Source of the DNA: a virus
Direction: 5' to 3' (one strand)
Virus record (IMG/VR): IMGVR_UViG_3300013004_000041
Coordinates: 17,061 to 81,060 of that record
Length of the DNA stretch: 64,000 bases
Shown here: piece by piece, positions 1 to 10,355 of the stretch
Layout: every line of letters begins with the position of its first letter
Numbering within the stretch: position 1 is the stretch's first letter
Translations under genes and position numbers: made by a program
The notes under the pieces: model-generated
What the model was told of the DNA's origin: nothing
Database searches by the model: none
Seen by the model: the letters and a program-made list of their open reading frames with translations, nothing else

Positions 1-103
1 ATAAATCTATAGCGCAAAATGTATTGTCTATTTTCACCGAAAAACCCTGGCAACTTTGACTTTGGTATAATTATTTTTTTTATACCCTGATCTGGATTTG
101 CCA

Positions 104-1252
104 TTATTGTACATCCATTGCAAATCTAAACTCAATATAGTTAGTTGTATTTGCTGCCTTTACTATAGTCTCTGCATTGTTATTTTTAATAACCGTATAA
201 CCAGTCATTCCATAAACTGGATTTACTGTAGAAATATTTTCAAATCTAATAGCGTCAAGCCCTACATAAAAATCAGAAGAAGGGATGCTATTTTTTAACA
301 CTGTTGTATATATTTTTACAATACTAACATTGTTCCATGTGAAACCTATACTTTTGTGTAACTCTTGTAACTCTTTTGTGATAACATAATATCTATTGGC
401 TGAAAAATCATAATCCTCTGATGACATAATAACTTCAAACCTTGCCCACTGACCTGATCCAGATGTATCAGTTTCTGCAAACTCAAGAATAATTCTAACC
501 TCTTCTGGAATTATTGATGGATCTGGGTCTTTGTTAATAATGCTAAACCCTAACTTTATCTGATCTGTTGGGGCATTCTTATTAAAATCTAATGCAGTAC
601 CAAGTAAGTGCATGTGCTCAGATCCAGAATCAATAGACAAATGATCTCCAGACATTCCTAAATTAGAAACGTCTCCACGCATCATAACTATATTATTGTA
701 AAATCTTGCACGTTCATATCTACTTAATCTATCTGAGTTAGTGAATGTTATATTGTCGGAGTTTGTTTGAAATACTTTTGCTACAAATGTTTGATCTCCG
801 ATTGTTTGATTAAAATCATTAATTATATTATCGTTATCTGAATCGTCTAAAGGAGAATATTTTACATCTAATGCACCAGCACCAAGTTCTCTATGATACT
901 CCCAGTTTTCATTTACAGTAAAAGCAAAAAGAGATCTACTGTCATATGCCCCAGCAGATGGGTTAGCACCAGCGGAATATACACCAACTTCTGATATTTC
1001 ATATCTTTCGTCTGTTGGTAATTCTGCTGTTAAAACTATCTTATTAATGCCATCTTCATTTACATATCCACGGGATGTGATTGGCACTCTAAACATTTCA
1101 AAATCTAAAGACTGCCTATCGCTATAGTCCCCAAAAGACTGATTGGTCGCTATTGGCTTGGCACCGCAGCCTATGGCTATGTATGAGGCATACGCTGGGG
1201 TTTGCCCTATAAGATATTTGGCAAGAATGCCTTTTCCTGTGTTAGTTATCAT
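104..1252 (-). CDS. putative tail tip/baseplate structural protein
   Basis: 382-aa ORF, last of the tightly overlapping tail operon; N-terminal MITNTGK..YIAIGCG resembles phage tail structural proteins. Confidence 0.5.
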   Translation of the reverse strand: MITNTGKGILAKYLIGQTPAYASYIAIGCGAKPIATNQSFGDYSDRQSLDFEMFRVPITSRGYVNEDGINKIVLTAELPTDERYEISEVGVYSAGANPSAGAYDSRSLFAFTVNENWEYHRELGAGALDVKYSPLDDSDNDNIINDFNQTIGDQTFVAKVFQTNSDNITFTNSDRLSRYERARFYNNIVMMRGDVSNLGMSGDHLSIDSGSEHMHLLGTALDFNKNAPTDQIKLGFSIINKDPDPSIIPEEVRIILEFAETDTSGSGQWARFEVIMSSEDYDFSANRYYVITKELQELHKSIGFTWNNVSIVKIYTTVLKNSIPSSDFYVGLDAIRFENISTVNPVYGMTGYTVIKNNNAETIVKAANTTNYIEFRFAMDVQ

Positions 1253-1743
1253 AATGTCACCCCATATATTGTATCATCTAATACTGTCCCGTCAGAAATA
1301 ATAGAAACCTCTACTTGCTCATCTGGAGCCATATTGATTACATTAATGACCAGGTTTCCATCTTCGTCTAAGTATACTGTCTGACAATTTGGACCAGTAC
1401 CGCAGTTAGGAACCTTGCTTAAAAAGTTTATAGGAAACTTTCTAAAATAATTAATATCTATATCTTGCAATGCTAAAATGTTTTGTGGGTTATATTGAAA
1501 GTATAGGTTGGTTAAATTTTTAATTGGTTGATAAACTACGTTTTGTCCATTTACCAAATCTGATCGCAATATGTTAATAAGTTCTTGACCACCAATATTT
1601 TCAAATATAAGGTCAGTCATTATTTCTATTGGCATTGTTTCATCGTCAAATAAGATAATGTCAGTAGTGGCAACCTTTACATCGCTTGTATTATCTGATG
1701 CAGGTTTCTGCGGATTGTCTGGTGTACTATTTAATGTTGACAT
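1249..1743 (-). CDS. hypothetical protein (tail module)
   Basis: 164-aa ORF overlapping the downstream gene by 4 bp. Confidence 0.6.
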   Translation of the reverse strand: MSTLNSTPDNPQKPASDNTSDVKVATTDIILFDDETMPIEIMTDLIFENIGGQELINILRSDLVNGQNVVYQPIKNLTNLYFQYNPQNILALQDIDINYFRKFPINFLSKVPNCGTGPNCQTVYLDEDGNLVINVINMAPDEQVEVSIISDGTVLDDTIYGVTL

Positions 1744-1744
1744 T

Positions 1745-4700
1745 TTATACCTCGCTTAAATACAAAACCATTTCTGGCCCTGAAGAATCCCTATTATATT
1801 CTATATGATAAACAACAAAGTTATTATTTTCTGATGAAATAATGTCTTGTCCTTCTTCATCTTTATAAAAAATATTTACAATATCTCCCAATTGAATTAT
1901 AGGATTGCTAAATATTTTTACACCAACACTTTTCCTTGGTCTTAATATTTTATTTATCATCCATCCCATCAAATCATTTGCATCATCATTTGACTGTATA
2001 TATACTGGATCTAAAGAAAAATCTTTTTTACCATACGACAGTCTGCTAGTTTTAATTTTATCATAGTCAATAGATGACCTTATTGGAGAAACAATTGTAC
2101 CGTCTTTATTAATTGCAGGATCAGAAAAATTACTATTCTTTGCAAAATAATTATCTACAGTTAATTGATCATTTGATTCTTGCGTAAATGTTATGCCCTG
2201 AATTCTTAAATAGTTACCACTTGTTTCATCTAAGTTTAAAGAAGTATCTGTTGAATTAAAAATTAAAAATTCTGCGCCATAGGAACCGCCTCTAAATCCA
2301 GAAACAACATATCCTTTAATTCTATTAAATACAGGAGACAGTTGAGAGTATAGCGCTGGATAAGCCTTGTCATATTTTGTTTTTATGTATGCTGCCTCAC
2401 GCATTATCGTTCCAAACTCATCAAAATATATATTAAAGGAAGGTGGCTGGTTTGGACTGATTCCAGATAGGTATGTTGACTGAACTATACCAGACATAGC
2501 ATATTTTCTAAAAGATTCATTTGCATTAATTTGTTCGTCTCCGAATGCTGCAGATACTGGGGTTGCTAAAGCAAAAGAGGTGTTTTGACTGTAGTTATTT
2601 GTAAGTGCATAGATATTTTCAAACATGCACTTTGAGCCACCCCTTACAAATAAGGCGACATTGTTATATATTGGTAGAGGAGAGGTATCGTCAACAACCT
2701 TTACTAAGTTATTATTTATATACAAATAAAATCTTCTTGTAGATTGAATGTCTTGATATTCAACAGCAAGATCGTATACCGTTGGATTTTCTTCGCCTAA
2801 CATTCTGGCCTGTCCAGTAAACTTTCCATCATCTACAATAATGTTACTTAAACCACCCCAAAGTTTAATTGGTATAGCATTTCCATCACTGTCAGAATAT
2901 ATTTTATAAAAAATAATATTGTGCAAATTATCTACGTCAGAAGAATATTGACTTACATCCTTTTCTGTTAAGGCAATAATTTCAAAATAGTATCCTACAT
3001 TTGTTGATGGATTCATCATAACTGCAATACCACCTGAACCTCCAGAAATATTTAACTGTTGGTTTGGTTGTGTTCCAGGCAAAACATAGTATGGTGTAGC
3101 ATTTACTGGAGTCTGTTCTTTAGTTTCACTAATTTCTATCTTTCCAATAATTCTCATTCTAGTTCCAAAATGCTTATACTTATTGTCTAAAGGTTTATAT
3201 TGATATGATAAGAATTCTAATGGTGACTCTGTTGTGCTAAATGATGGCCCACTCATAACAAGTGCAGATGATTGCATAGACCCTGCTTGTGTAGATAGGT
3301 TTGTATTATTTTCAGATTCATTTAAATAAGAATAGGATAAGAAATTTTTTATAATTCCAGTTCTAATATTTTGTTTAGATCTTACATTATTTACTCCAGC
3401 AGCATTTGTAGAAAGTGGTAGAGTTGCAATTGCATCATTGGTATAAACATCTCCATTTGTTAATCCAAATAAATGTTTTGATTTCATGTTCATTCCACGT
3501 AAGAAGTTATCATCTTTCCAATGTTGTGGAAGTCCAGCATTATGGTAAACAATTGGTGTGCCAAACTGTCCTCTACCATGTCTTGCTACTGCACCGTTTT
3601 TCATAACAGTAATTCCATTGATATCCTCATACTTCGGTTCTGAGTATATTCTTACTAGGCCAGTTGGGTATACCTTTCCATTGAACGGCAACTTAGACAT
3701 ATAGTCTTGATATTCTTGATTACTACTAATCCATACGTTTCCAATTGCGCCTACCGTGCTTGTGCTAAATGAAACTTGACCGTTAGATTCTTCTCTTGAT
3801 ATTATTTTTTCTGCACCAGGGATGTTATACTGAACTGCATCAAATCTAATGATTTCTCCATTAGCATAAAAATATCCAGAATTTCTACCAAGCCAATATA
3901 CTGCCTCACCTAAATCCATAACATTATTTGTTAATTGATTTCCGACAACAGTTGGTAGGGAATCAGAAAGATTAGAATTTAATGGTATTGCACTAAGGTT
4001 ATAAGATGATTGACTAGAGACTTCTCCATTAATAGACCTTGAATTCTGATCGCCAGAAATTTCCCATAGTAATGCTGGCTTATATATCCAATTTTTTGCA
4101 GCAACTTGATTGTCAATCATAGATGCTTGTTTTATAGATCCATACGATCTTTGTATATATCTGTTACTATAATTAATAACGCCGTCGTTATATATATTTT
4201 TGTCAGAAGAAACTATTTCTTTAATGTTAGCAAGTTTATTAGAAGAGTTTTTATTTTCTATAGCACCCTCTTCAACAAAGTCATTTGATCCGTACAAAGT
4301 AAAAGAAGAGTCTCTGTTTTCTTTTGATGGAAGCATGTAGTTCTTGCTCATCATTACAAAATTATTATATTCATCAAAGAACATTGCTGTTTGAGTAGAT
4401 ATTGCTAAATCACTTAAAACATCTGTAATGCTTTTATCTGGCGCTATATAGAAAAATGGAATAATTAATTCTTTTTCACCGCTAACTCTTTTAAATGTAT
4501 AATTTGAAAAACCTACAGAATCTAGCAATAGTGATACAGCATAACTAAGAGATACATTTGTAACTAGCATTTCTGGAGCAGTTATAGACTCAAAATAAAA
4601 ATATAAATCTCTTAAATTTAAATCAACCTTTTTATCTAAATACGAATAAGTTGGAAAACCTTCAGAGTACATTGTTTTAATTGGAACAAAATAGTCATAT

Positions 4701-6154
4701 CCATCTACATCTACTATGATGTCATAAAACTTAATCTGTATATTATTTGATAAATAATCTTTAATTATACTGCTTGTATTGTTTTCATTAAAAGAATTAT
4801 CATAATCGAAAACAGATAGAGTTCCAGTAGAGGCAAGCAATTGTCCTACTGGCAATCCGCTATTACCTAAGTCTGAGGCTATTTTAGCAATATTAAAACT
4901 AACAACTTTTTCCGAAATATCTGAAACTAGTCTTGGAGATAATTCAATTAAATCAAATGTAGAGTTTTCTTTATTCATTGTATCAACAACAACTCTAAGA
5001 CCACGAATATAATCTATCTCACGATACATGGTGGATCCATCTGACTCTGAAACAAATGATACTGGATTTGTAAAATCTGTAACAAAGTTTGTTAGCCTTG
5101 TTACAGTTTCTTCTTCAAGATACCAGCCGTATTCTGGTTTAAAAGTTTCATACTGATTATTAAACCAAATATGATATGTGCCTAAATCACCGTCATTTTC
5201 TTTAATTAAATAAGCATATCCGTTTATTGATTTTTCTGGAAGCCAATTAATGCTAGAGTATTCTTCTGCTTTTATAAAAACATCTTGATATTTTTGTGGT
5301 ACTTTTAATCCATAGGCTAGTTCTACATATCCATCATTTTTAATAATAGCCGTTCCATCTAGTCTTCTTGAAGATTGATTAAAGTTAACTAAGTCAACCC
5401 AATTATTACCCTGCAAAGATTGTATCTTCCACTTTACGGGAGTTGTCTTATTGCTGTCACCGTATAGAGGGTCTGAGAAAGATCCTGAAGAATTAGAAAA
5501 TGGTCCGAGGTCTATTGAGCCGACATTGGTCTGCATCTTTACTACAACTCTATTTGCTGGAACAGGATTCTCATAAACAACAAAAGGAGAAGAATCATCA
5601 ATGTAGTTTTGACCATTTACATATTTATTTGCAAGGCCTCTTAAATTTCCAGAGTCTGTTCTAAAAGATGTCCAGTATTTAAACTTATCACTCTTATCTG
5701 CCATATAATATCTTGGCCTATCAGCCATGTTTATATTTGAATGATGTAGTTTTCTGCCAGGCAAGTACGCTGCTTTGTTGATGCCAGATCTTGGTCTAAA
5801 TCTTTTAAAGCAATCTTCTAATGAATATAGCATACTATTTTTTTTATTATTTGGCAGTAAAAACCATGGCTCGTTGTTTGTTGTTGGGTCAATTCCTCCA
5901 TCAACTAAAACATCTGCGTCTGTTGCTCCAGTGTAATAGTTTCCTAAGTCATTAACATCAAAAGTGTTTGGCAATATCTTATATTTAAAATTTGAATCAT
6001 CTATATTGCTTGAAGCGGTTGGCCTATATCTATAGTTTCCTATTTTAAATATATTATTAGCAATGTTCATATTCCATTCAGCAATAACTGCTGTCTGTGT
6101 TTTAACTGTACTAGAGGACTCAAGGTGAGCCTTAAGTTCATTATTTTGAAACAT
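1745..6154 (-). CDS. large minor tail/tail tip protein
   Basis: 1469-aa beta-rich ORF two genes downstream of the tape measure; function inferred from position. Confidence 0.55.
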   Translation of the reverse strand: MFQNNELKAHLESSSTVKTQTAVIAEWNMNIANNIFKIGNYRYRPTASSNIDDSNFKYKILPNTFDVNDLGNYYTGATDADVLVDGGIDPTTNNEPWFLLPNNKKNSMLYSLEDCFKRFRPRSGINKAAYLPGRKLHHSNINMADRPRYYMADKSDKFKYWTSFRTDSGNLRGLANKYVNGQNYIDDSSPFVVYENPVPANRVVVKMQTNVGSIDLGPFSNSSGSFSDPLYGDSNKTTPVKWKIQSLQGNNWVDLVNFNQSSRRLDGTAIIKNDGYVELAYGLKVPQKYQDVFIKAEEYSSINWLPEKSINGYAYLIKENDGDLGTYHIWFNNQYETFKPEYGWYLEEETVTRLTNFVTDFTNPVSFVSESDGSTMYREIDYIRGLRVVVDTMNKENSTFDLIELSPRLVSDISEKVVSFNIAKIASDLGNSGLPVGQLLASTGTLSVFDYDNSFNENNTSSIIKDYLSNNIQIKFYDIIVDVDGYDYFVPIKTMYSEGFPTYSYLDKKVDLNLRDLYFYFESITAPEMLVTNVSLSYAVSLLLDSVGFSNYTFKRVSGEKELIIPFFYIAPDKSITDVLSDLAISTQTAMFFDEYNNFVMMSKNYMLPSKENRDSSFTLYGSNDFVEEGAIENKNSSNKLANIKEIVSSDKNIYNDGVINYSNRYIQRSYGSIKQASMIDNQVAAKNWIYKPALLWEISGDQNSRSINGEVSSQSSYNLSAIPLNSNLSDSLPTVVGNQLTNNVMDLGEAVYWLGRNSGYFYANGEIIRFDAVQYNIPGAEKIISREESNGQVSFSTSTVGAIGNVWISSNQEYQDYMSKLPFNGKVYPTGLVRIYSEPKYEDINGITVMKNGAVARHGRGQFGTPIVYHNAGLPQHWKDDNFLRGMNMKSKHLFGLTNGDVYTNDAIATLPLSTNAAGVNNVRSKQNIRTGIIKNFLSYSYLNESENNTNLSTQAGSMQSSALVMSGPSFSTTESPLEFLSYQYKPLDNKYKHFGTRMRIIGKIEISETKEQTPVNATPYYVLPGTQPNQQLNISGGSGGIAVMMNPSTNVGYYFEIIALTEKDVSQYSSDVDNLHNIIFYKIYSDSDGNAIPIKLWGGLSNIIVDDGKFTGQARMLGEENPTVYDLAVEYQDIQSTRRFYLYINNNLVKVVDDTSPLPIYNNVALFVRGGSKCMFENIYALTNNYSQNTSFALATPVSAAFGDEQINANESFRKYAMSGIVQSTYLSGISPNQPPSFNIYFDEFGTIMREAAYIKTKYDKAYPALYSQLSPVFNRIKGYVVSGFRGGSYGAEFLIFNSTDTSLNLDETSGNYLRIQGITFTQESNDQLTVDNYFAKNSNFSDPAINKDGTIVSPIRSSIDYDKIKTSRLSYGKKDFSLDPVYIQSNDDANDLMGWMINKILRPRKSVGVKIFSNPIIQLGDIVNIFYKDEEGQDIISSENNNFVVYHIEYNRDSSGPEMVLYLSEV

Positions 6155-6810
6155 TATACCTCTTCCAAGGTAACGTTAATATTCCAAAAGTCAAAATTGC
6201 TGCCGCCTCTTTTTACTACAGAATAGTTAAAATCTGAAAAATACATTTGTATTAATTGACTATATTGCGCTAAGTGGGTATAGGCGTTATCATCTTTTCC
6301 AAAGTTAGAATATTTATCATAAGATAAATAGACCCAAAAAGGACCTTGATGATTTTCGTACCAATCTAATAATTCTACTCCACCAGCCCCTCCGTCTGTA
6401 GTATATTGTAGGTCTGGTCCAGAAGAACTACCATATACATTGTGCGGAGAAATACCTGTGCTTGGGTTAAAATCTGGTAATGAAAAATATGATCTTGATG
6501 GAAGCATTTGCCAGGATGTGCCTATTGTTAACTTATCTGCAATATGATGTGATCTCATGCGACCATTAATCATTCTCTCTCTTGTTTCTATCCTTGTTGG
6601 CGTGAAATCTATTGGGCTTCGGTTATCATCGGACAAAATTAAAAATTGATCATATTGAGATTCATCTGTTTCTGTTCCTGGATTTTGTCCAACCTCTAAA
6701 CCATTTGGAACATATAACCCATCGATCAATGTTCCAGAGTTATCTGACCATAGCATAGCCTGTGGTCTTTGATATTTTTTACGTCCAAGCATATAGTTAG
6801 AAGTTGACAT
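6154..6810 (-). CDS. putative distal tail protein
   Basis: 218 aa directly after the tape measure; ends NVTLEEV as Dit-like proteins often do; mainly positional inference. Confidence 0.45.
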   Translation of the reverse strand: MSTSNYMLGRKKYQRPQAMLWSDNSGTLIDGLYVPNGLEVGQNPGTETDESQYDQFLILSDDNRSPIDFTPTRIETRERMINGRMRSHHIADKLTIGTSWQMLPSRSYFSLPDFNPSTGISPHNVYGSSSGPDLQYTTDGGAGGVELLDWYENHQGPFWVYLSYDKYSNFGKDDNAYTHLAQYSQLIQMYFSDFNYSVVKRGGSNFDFWNINVTLEEV

Positions 6811-9800
6811 TATAATCTAGTACCCCCAAGTTTTCTAGAATCTACCTGCTTAATATGTGACATAACTGCTCGTGCAATTTCGTCTGGATTAGCATCAGAT
6901 TTAACATTTACGTTAATACTATAATTATACACTGACTCTCCTACTGAATCCCCATTGTTTATTGCTTTTAATTTGTCTACCCCGTGATTTTGAACAGCAT
7001 ATCTACTCATAACAAATTCTCCAGGAGTTAGCATTGCAGGAACTATATCTGTTCCAAGCGCCATTCCTCCAGAGGCTAAATATTTTGCAATTAGGCCACC
7101 TTTATTTTCATAGCCCCAATCACCCATAAATCCTCTTTTTCTGTTTCGGGCTTCTTCTTCTGCTGCCTTGGCTGCTGCTGCTGCTGCCGCTGCTGCTGCT
7201 GCTTCTGCGTCTGCTTTTTCTTTAGCAGCCTTAGCAAGTGCATCAAGATGTCCATCTTCACCACTTTGATTGATAGGAACACATTGGCCACTTGCGTTTT
7301 TAACAAAACCTGTAGGGCAAGTATTAGTATTATTATTTTTGTTGTTATTGTTGTTATTGTTGTTATTGTTGTTATTGTTATTATTATTGTTGCTGTTATT
7401 GTTTCCAGAACTTCCATTATCAATGGTTGTAATATATCTTGTAATATATTCAGTAATATTTCTAATTTCATCAATAATTTGTTTTGTTGTAACGCTTTCT
7501 GGAATAGCCTTAATAGTATCTAAGATACTTTGCCAAGAGGCGTCCGCTGCTGCTGCTGATGCTTCCGCTGCTGCTAATGATATGGCATAATCTTCTGCTA
7601 ATTTTTCAATATCTATTAACTTATCTACTGTTTCTTCCCACTTCTCTAAAGTCATTCCAGTACTATCGTCAAGCGCAATTGCCTCATCTACAATAGACTG
7701 CAGATATGCTTCTTGAGATTCTAACTCTAAATCTTGCGCTTCTAATGTAGCCAAAATTTTATCCTGGTTTTCTAATTCAAGTTTTACCCTATCTAATTTT
7801 GCCTGAGCATCTGCGATAGCCTTTTCATTTAAAATTCTGGCCTTATCTAATTCAACAACTCTTTCTTTTTCAAGTCTGGTTATTTCTTTTTGTGCAGCCT
7901 CTATTTGCTTTTCAAGTTCAAGTCTCTTAGGATCATTTTCTAATTTATATATTGCTTGAGTTATTTGGAACTGTCTTTCAGTTATCTGCTCTCTTGTTAA
8001 TCCACTTTCAGCACCACGTAAGTTACCAAGTTCTCGTTGACGTGCTTGCTCTATACTTGACATCTGAGCATTTAACATAAACTCTGATGAAGAGGCTCTC
8101 ATCTCTTGCGCTGCACGTGCTGCTGCTGCGATATCTCCTTGAGATAAAGCATCTGCCAAACCTAATTGCTGCTTCTGACTATTAGCAATTTCTGAATTAA
8201 TATCGCTAACCTTTTGTAATGCTTCTACCTGCTTATCATATTTTGTATTAATCTTTTCAGCAAGATTATCCATAATAGCAAGATCATTGCTTAACTTTCC
8301 GCTTTCTTTGTTTAGTGCAGATACCTTATCTTCAAACTCTGACTTAATTTGTTCTTCAAGAGAATCAATCTTGTCTCTTTGGGTTTTTACTAAGTCGTCA
8401 TATTTCTTGTCTACTGAATCTAAAGCCTTTTCTAAATTGTCTTGTGCAGCAGTTAACTCATTTTGTGCAGCAGTATATCTTCCCTGTATCTCTCTTGTTT
8501 TTAATTGAACAGCCTGCATTCTCTTTGCAAGTTCTTCTCTTTCTTTCTTTACACCCGTTAAAGTTTTTCCTGCAATACCCACTGGAACTCCTGGACCTCC
8601 TGGAGCATTAAATCTAGCATTTACTCTTTCTTGTGCTAATTTGCCTACCTGAGTTATTTTTCCAGTCAAAGGATTAGTTACTGATTGACCGCCAATTTCT
8701 CCTACAGTCATATTGTTATAGGCAACTCTTTTTGCTGCAAGAACTCTTTGCGCTGCCTGCATGCCTGCTTGAGCCTTTTCAGATAAATTCTTAGTAGCAA
8801 AGTCAATTGCTATCTTTATATTAGAGTTTGCTTTAATTGCGTTTAAGCCGTCAACTATTTCTTTTAATCTTTCAGCAGCACCTGCTGCTCCATTCTTGTA
8901 ATCTTGCATTGCTGCAATTGCTGCAGCAAGTTGTGTTGGGTCTCCTATAAGGTCTAGCATTGCTCCTGATGATAATTTAAGTCCTCCACCTGCTAACTCT
9001 TGGAAGAACTTAATAACATCTGGAACCTGTTTAATATTTGCCTGCTGTTGAAGAGCGTCTCTTCCACTCTGAATTAATCCATTAATTCTTTCTCTAATTG
9101 ATACCTGCTTTGCAAGACTAGCGTTTGTATTTAATTCTTCTTTAGTAATTTGTCCAATTGCTATTTGCTGCGTCATATATTCGTCTTCAAGTATTCTTTG
9201 AATAGTTAAGTTGTCATACCCAGCAGCAATTAGTTTTCTATAAGCCTGCTCTTGATAGTTAATATTATTTAAAGATTTTTGCTGTGCAACATTGAAATCC
9301 CCAACTATTGCTGCATCTAGCCCTTGCTCATATTTCTTTGCATTAGGACTTAGAACTACCTGGCCTGGCTTAATGCCCTTTTCTTTTTTGCCAGTAAACG
9401 GATTAACATTTTTCTTAGTTGCAGTCTTAACCCATTTTGCTTGTTCTTTTGGATCCATACCAGTTATCCAGTCAATGAACTGCTTGTTAGCCTTCATCCC
9501 CATTAACTGTTGCTCTAATCCATCAAACTTATTCTTTACTGCCTTATCTCCACTTTTAGCCAATGCCTTATTAAGTTCTGCAATTCCTCCTGCAGCATTA
9601 ATGGCAGCATTTCTTACATTCTTTAATCTTGACAATACCCATTCATAAGGATCTTCTTTAGTACCTCCGCCACCAGCGCCAGTACCAGGACCTGAATTCT
9701 TTGACTCAATAGCATTCTTTACGGCTTGAGGAACTAGGTCTCCAGCAATAGCCCCGACATCGTAAATTGGCTTACCCTTTTTATCGTATCCAGTAATATA

Positions 9801-10355
9801 CTGAGATCTTACGGCATCGGCAATATGTGAAGGAAGCCCCTTTGTTTTTTCTGCTACAAATGATGATGCCTCAGCATCTCCAATAGTTTTATAAATGCTT
9901 ATATATTCTTGAACAACTGTCTTCTTGACTTCATCTGGCAGGTTTGCATATTTATCCCAAATATCAATTAGTCCTTGCATAGGAGGCATGTCTGGATCTG
10001 TTTTTTGCAAATCAATTAAAGTTGTCTTGGTTAATTTCTTTGGAAACTTTTCAACTTTACTTAAGAGTGTTGCAAGTTTTTGTAGTGCTTGTAATGGGCT
10101 TCCGCCTTCTGGAGTATTGTTTTTAATGAAAGCATTAATATTAATTTCTTTGCCATCCATTGTATTTAATAAGTTAAGGACGCTTTGATATTCTTTTAAT
10201 TCTTTAGGGTCTATACCAGCAGCATCAACTAATATAGTTTTCTTTATTGATGGATCCAAGCCTCCTAGTGAATTGACTAACTCTGTTACAGATCCTGGAT
10301 CGTGAATTTTTGTCAATAAATCAAATGTTTTTTCAAATGTTTCTTCGTCCAGCAA
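6810..10355 (-). CDS. tape measure protein, C-terminal part (out of frame with N-terminal part)
   Basis: Coiled-coil rich; ends with the TMP C-terminal motif GG..GTDIVPAMLTPGEFVM..YSINVNV; TTG start with no RBS, overlapping the upstream ORF. Confidence 0.7.
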   Translation of the reverse strand: MLDEETFEKTFDLLTKIHDPGSVTELVNSLGGLDPSIKKTILVDAAGIDPKELKEYQSVLNLLNTMDGKEININAFIKNNTPEGGSPLQALQKLATLLSKVEKFPKKLTKTTLIDLQKTDPDMPPMQGLIDIWDKYANLPDEVKKTVVQEYISIYKTIGDAEASSFVAEKTKGLPSHIADAVRSQYITGYDKKGKPIYDVGAIAGDLVPQAVKNAIESKNSGPGTGAGGGGTKEDPYEWVLSRLKNVRNAAINAAGGIAELNKALAKSGDKAVKNKFDGLEQQLMGMKANKQFIDWITGMDPKEQAKWVKTATKKNVNPFTGKKEKGIKPGQVVLSPNAKKYEQGLDAAIVGDFNVAQQKSLNNINYQEQAYRKLIAAGYDNLTIQRILEDEYMTQQIAIGQITKEELNTNASLAKQVSIRERINGLIQSGRDALQQQANIKQVPDVIKFFQELAGGGLKLSSGAMLDLIGDPTQLAAAIAAMQDYKNGAAGAAERLKEIVDGLNAIKANSNIKIAIDFATKNLSEKAQAGMQAAQRVLAAKRVAYNNMTVGEIGGQSVTNPLTGKITQVGKLAQERVNARFNAPGGPGVPVGIAGKTLTGVKKEREELAKRMQAVQLKTREIQGRYTAAQNELTAAQDNLEKALDSVDKKYDDLVKTQRDKIDSLEEQIKSEFEDKVSALNKESGKLSNDLAIMDNLAEKINTKYDKQVEALQKVSDINSEIANSQKQQLGLADALSQGDIAAAARAAQEMRASSSEFMLNAQMSSIEQARQRELGNLRGAESGLTREQITERQFQITQAIYKLENDPKRLELEKQIEAAQKEITRLEKERVVELDKARILNEKAIADAQAKLDRVKLELENQDKILATLEAQDLELESQEAYLQSIVDEAIALDDSTGMTLEKWEETVDKLIDIEKLAEDYAISLAAAEASAAAADASWQSILDTIKAIPESVTTKQIIDEIRNITEYITRYITTIDNGSSGNNNSNNNNNNNNNNNNNNNNNKNNNTNTCPTGFVKNASGQCVPINQSGEDGHLDALAKAAKEKADAEAAAAAAAAAAAKAAEEEARNRKRGFMGDWGYENKGGLIAKYLASGGMALGTDIVPAMLTPGEFVMSRYAVQNHGVDKLKAINNGDSVGESVYNYSINVNVKSDANPDEIARAVMSHIKQVDSRKLGGTRL
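7325..7403 (-). repeat. AAC/AAT trinucleotide repeat encoding poly-Asn
   Basis: (ttg/tta)n run on the + strand encoding NNNSNNNN...KNNNTN. Confidence 0.85.

Noticed and set aside
7091-7590. Poly-Leu, poly-Ile/Val and poly-Thr/Ile ORFs
   Set aside because: Other-frame readings of the poly-Asn microsatellite.
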